This document shows, one piece after another, positions 61,401 through 64,000 of a DNA stretch of 64,000 nucleotides. Origin of the DNA: an uncultured cyanobacterium. GTDB taxonomy: Bacteria; Cyanobacteriota; Cyanobacteriia; CAKZMO01. Location: the NCBI GenBank assembly GCA_963719515.1, contig CAVRCJ010000005.1, positions 227,948-291,947 on the forward strand, written 5' to 3'. How positions within the stretch are numbered: the stretch's first letter is position 1; each line of letters begins with the position of its first letter. The translations under genes were made by a program, and so were the position numbers. Under the pieces are notes generated by a model that was given only the letters and a program-made list of their open reading frames with translations, was not told the origin of the DNA and did not search any database.

Positions 61401-62910
61401 CCTAGACACCACCGTTGATGTTGCGAACGGCGACAGTGGCTTGCTGATCGCCTCCACCAACGCCACGGGCGATTACGCCATTACCGCAGCCGGGGGCGGC
61501 AATGCTTGGATCAACGGTACAAACGGAGCCTTTGGCAACACCAACGGCGGCGATGTCCCGGTGCTGATGACGCCAGGCAGCGGGTTTTTCACCGCCGACA
61601 ATACCCCCGTCACCTACACCCCCGTCAACGCCCTAGCCACCTTTTACGGCATCTTGCCTTTCAACAGCAGCACCCAGAACACCCCAGCTGCCCCATCCGT
61701 CGGCACCCTCGGTGGCAATGGTGATTTTTCATATCTGGGCAGCGATTCCAGCGGAATTATCACCGACGCCAACTGGTCCCGCGACACCAATAACGCTGAC
61801 GCCAACGGCAACAGTCGCACTCCCGGTGAACCTAACGCCCAGGTGGTAATTGCTCAGTCGGGTAGTAGCACCGAGGTGGAAGAAGGCGGGGCGACTGACA
61901 CCTACACCATTGTGCTGCGTAGCCAGCCTACGGCAGAGGTGACGGCGACCGCAACGCCCGACGCCCAAACCGACTTGGGTAATGGCCCCGGCGTCCCCGT
62001 AGACTTTACCTTTACCCCCGGTAACTGGTTTGCCCCCCAAGTGGTGACGGTCACCGCCGTAGACGACTTGCTGCTGGAAGGCACACCGCACCCCAGCCAA
62101 ATCACCCATACGGTGGTCTCCCAAAACGTCGACTCGCTCTACAACAGCGCTAACGGCCTGCCCATTGTGGTAGACGGAGTAACGATTCCCGCAGGAGGCG
62201 TGCCGGTGGCGATCGCCGACAACGAGATAGACACCGACGGCGATGGCGTTACCGATGGCGATGACCTAGACGACGACAACGACGGCATCCTCGACACCGT
62301 GGAGCAGAACGGTGACCCGCTGCGCGACACCGACGCCGATGGGGTAATCAACAGCCTGGATCTAGACGCTGACAATGACGGCATCGCCGACGCAGTGGAA
62401 GCTCAGCCTACAGTCGGCTATACCTCCCCAGCAGGTCCGGCTGACGCCAGCGGCATCAATGCAACAGGACTGGTGACGCCTGTAGATACCGACAGCGATG
62501 GGGTGGCCGACTACCTCGATCTCGACAGCGACAGCGACGCCCTGCCGGACAGCGTTGAGTCGGGCCTCACTCTCAGCGGCAGCGACGCTAACGGCGACGG
62601 CATTGACGACGACCCGTCCATCGGCGCGAGCTATGCCGACCCTGACGGCGCGGTGAATGCCCCCATCACCGACTTGACCAACGCCGACAATCAGCCTGGT
62701 GACGTGGACTTCCGCAGCGTGAGCAATGCAGCGCCTGTGGCCGTAGATGATGCAGTCACAATAGACGAAGACACCATTTTTAACGGCGATGTCCTAGCGG
62801 CGAACCCCACGACACCGGACAGCGATCCCGAAAACGACCCGCTCGCCGTTACCGACATCAACGGCTCTCCTATCACAGACGGCCAAACCGTGACGCTGCC
62901 CTCGGGTGCG
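58458..62910 (+). CDS. Large DUF4347-containing surface/adhesin-like protein; frameshift near 58825-58855, 3' end lost at a junction near 62911
   Basis: DUF4347 halves LHIVSHGSPGTLYLG and (+1 frame) LLLYGCSVAA...LHQLTGADIAAS...GGSWNL; Ig/cadherin-like repeats (VNDAPVA, DSFTYT), DxDxDG Ca-binding repeats, lamin-tail-like VIINEW...EWVEF. Confidence 0.85.
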
Positions 62911-64000
62911 TCAGGCTTGCGCCGCGGACCGACGCCTCGGGGAACCTTTTCGGCCGACGGTCCGCGGATTCTCATTCCTCGGGAACCGGCCGAAGGTGCT
63001 GCTGCTCGGGATCGCACATCGACTCGGTGCCCGGCGCGGGCCGCTACGACGGCGTGCTCGGGGTGGACCGACGGCGCTGGCAGCCATCGAGGCCCTGGGC
63101 CGGGACACGCCGCTGCCCTTCCACGTCGACGTGGTCGCGTTCAGCGAGGAGGAGGGCGTGCGGTACGCGACGCCGTACCGGGGCAGCCGGGCGGTGGCGG
63201 GCACCTTCGACTTCGAGATGCTCCCGCGGACCGACGCGGCGGGTGTCTCGGTGGAGGACGCGATCCGGCGGCTTCGGCCTCGACCCGGGCCAGCTCGCCG
63301 GCGCGGCCGACGAGCCCGACGACGTGCTCGGCTTCGTCGAAACGGACGCCTCGAGCAGGGCCCGCTGCTGGAGGCGGCGGGGCGGTCGCTCGGCGCGGGT
63401 CTCCGCCGTCGCCGGTCAGAGCTCGCCTGCTGGTTCGGCTCACCGGCCGCACCGCGCACGCCGGCACGCGGCCGATGGACATGCGGCAGGACTCGCGCCG
63501 GTCGCGGCCGCGGGCGTGGTCGCGGCGGTCCGGGGCGGAGGGGCTGGCGACGCCGGGGCTGAAGGCGACGGTGGGGCGGCTGGACGTCTCGCCCAACACC
63601 CGCAACGTCGTGCCCGGCCGGGCGCAGCTCTCCGCCGGACGTCCGCCACGCCCACGACGCCACGCGCGTCGCGGCCGTCGGCCGCCTGCTGGAGCGGGCG
63701 ATGGACCTCGCCGCCGCCGAGGGCGTTGAGCTGACGAGGTGGAGGAGAACCAGAACCAGCCGGCGGTGAAGATGGACGCGTGCGGCGATACGCGCCGCTG
63801 CACCGCCATCCTCGGCGACCTCGGCCACGCCGGCCCGGCGATGGTCTCGGGCGCGGGCAGGCCACGACGCGGTGGTCATGGCCGCGGAGTTCCCCGCGGC
63901 GCTGCTCTTCCTCCGTCACCCAGGCGGGGTCTCGCGCCCGCCCCGACGAGGCCAGCCGACGTGGCGGACGTGGCGGTGGCGGTGGAGGTGCTGGTGCGGC
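62911..64000 (+). other. Foreign, very GC-rich, multiply frameshifted fragment of an M20 Zn-dependent hydrolase (allantoate amidohydrolase/hydantoin carbamoylase type)
   Basis: Across frames: KVLLLG-SHIDSVPGAGRYDGVLGV, VVAFSEEEGVRY...GSRAVAG, LEQGPLLE, AHAGTRPM, ATVGRLDVSPNTRNVVPG, MVSGAG-HDA. Confidence 0.8.

Noticed and set aside
1..62900. Very frequent GCGATCGC octamers as a novel repeat system
   Set aside because: This is HIP1, a well-known feature of cyanobacterial genomes; used only as a taxonomic and foreign-DNA marker.
62691..63919. Long Arg/Pro/Gly-rich ORFs on both strands and an adhesin-hydrolase fusion
   Set aside because: Products of stop-poor high-GC DNA with frameshifts; the real signal is a fragmented M20 hydrolase after a likely artefactual junction.

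Overview
Cyanobacterial chromosomal DNA, judged from very frequent HIP1 octamers (GCGATCGC), petL, CP12, a group-2 sigma factor and cyanobacteria-type hypotheticals. Most of it is housekeeping or metabolic: rne (5'-truncated), rnhB, typA, sigB-like sigma, HerA-type ATPase, a stand-alone EF-G, pepP, alaS, a desaturase, arsC, aroB, tsaE, glcE/glcF, MscS and an RND pump. Accessory content: (1) a tnpA-less IS200/IS605-family element with an intact-looking TnpB, a divergent ribbon-helix-helix gene, covarying end hairpins and an omegaRNA-like right end; (2) an HTH-NACHT protein divergent from a Zn-ribbon/TM microprotein and an NfeD-like gene, with a palindrome and a structured leader between them; (3) a pair of uncharacterised coiled-coil genes; (4) a REC-PAS-GGDEF-EAL gene divergent from a large DUF4347 surface protein. 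Four genes, including essential alaS, carry 1-2 nt frameshifts at short homopolymers or repeats, most likely sequencing errors. At about 62,911 the sequence switches abruptly to much more GC-rich, error-ridden DNA encoding an M20 amidohydrolase, most likely a chimeric join. No rRNA, tRNA or CRISPR array was recognised. All family calls come from motif recognition by eye, not database searches.
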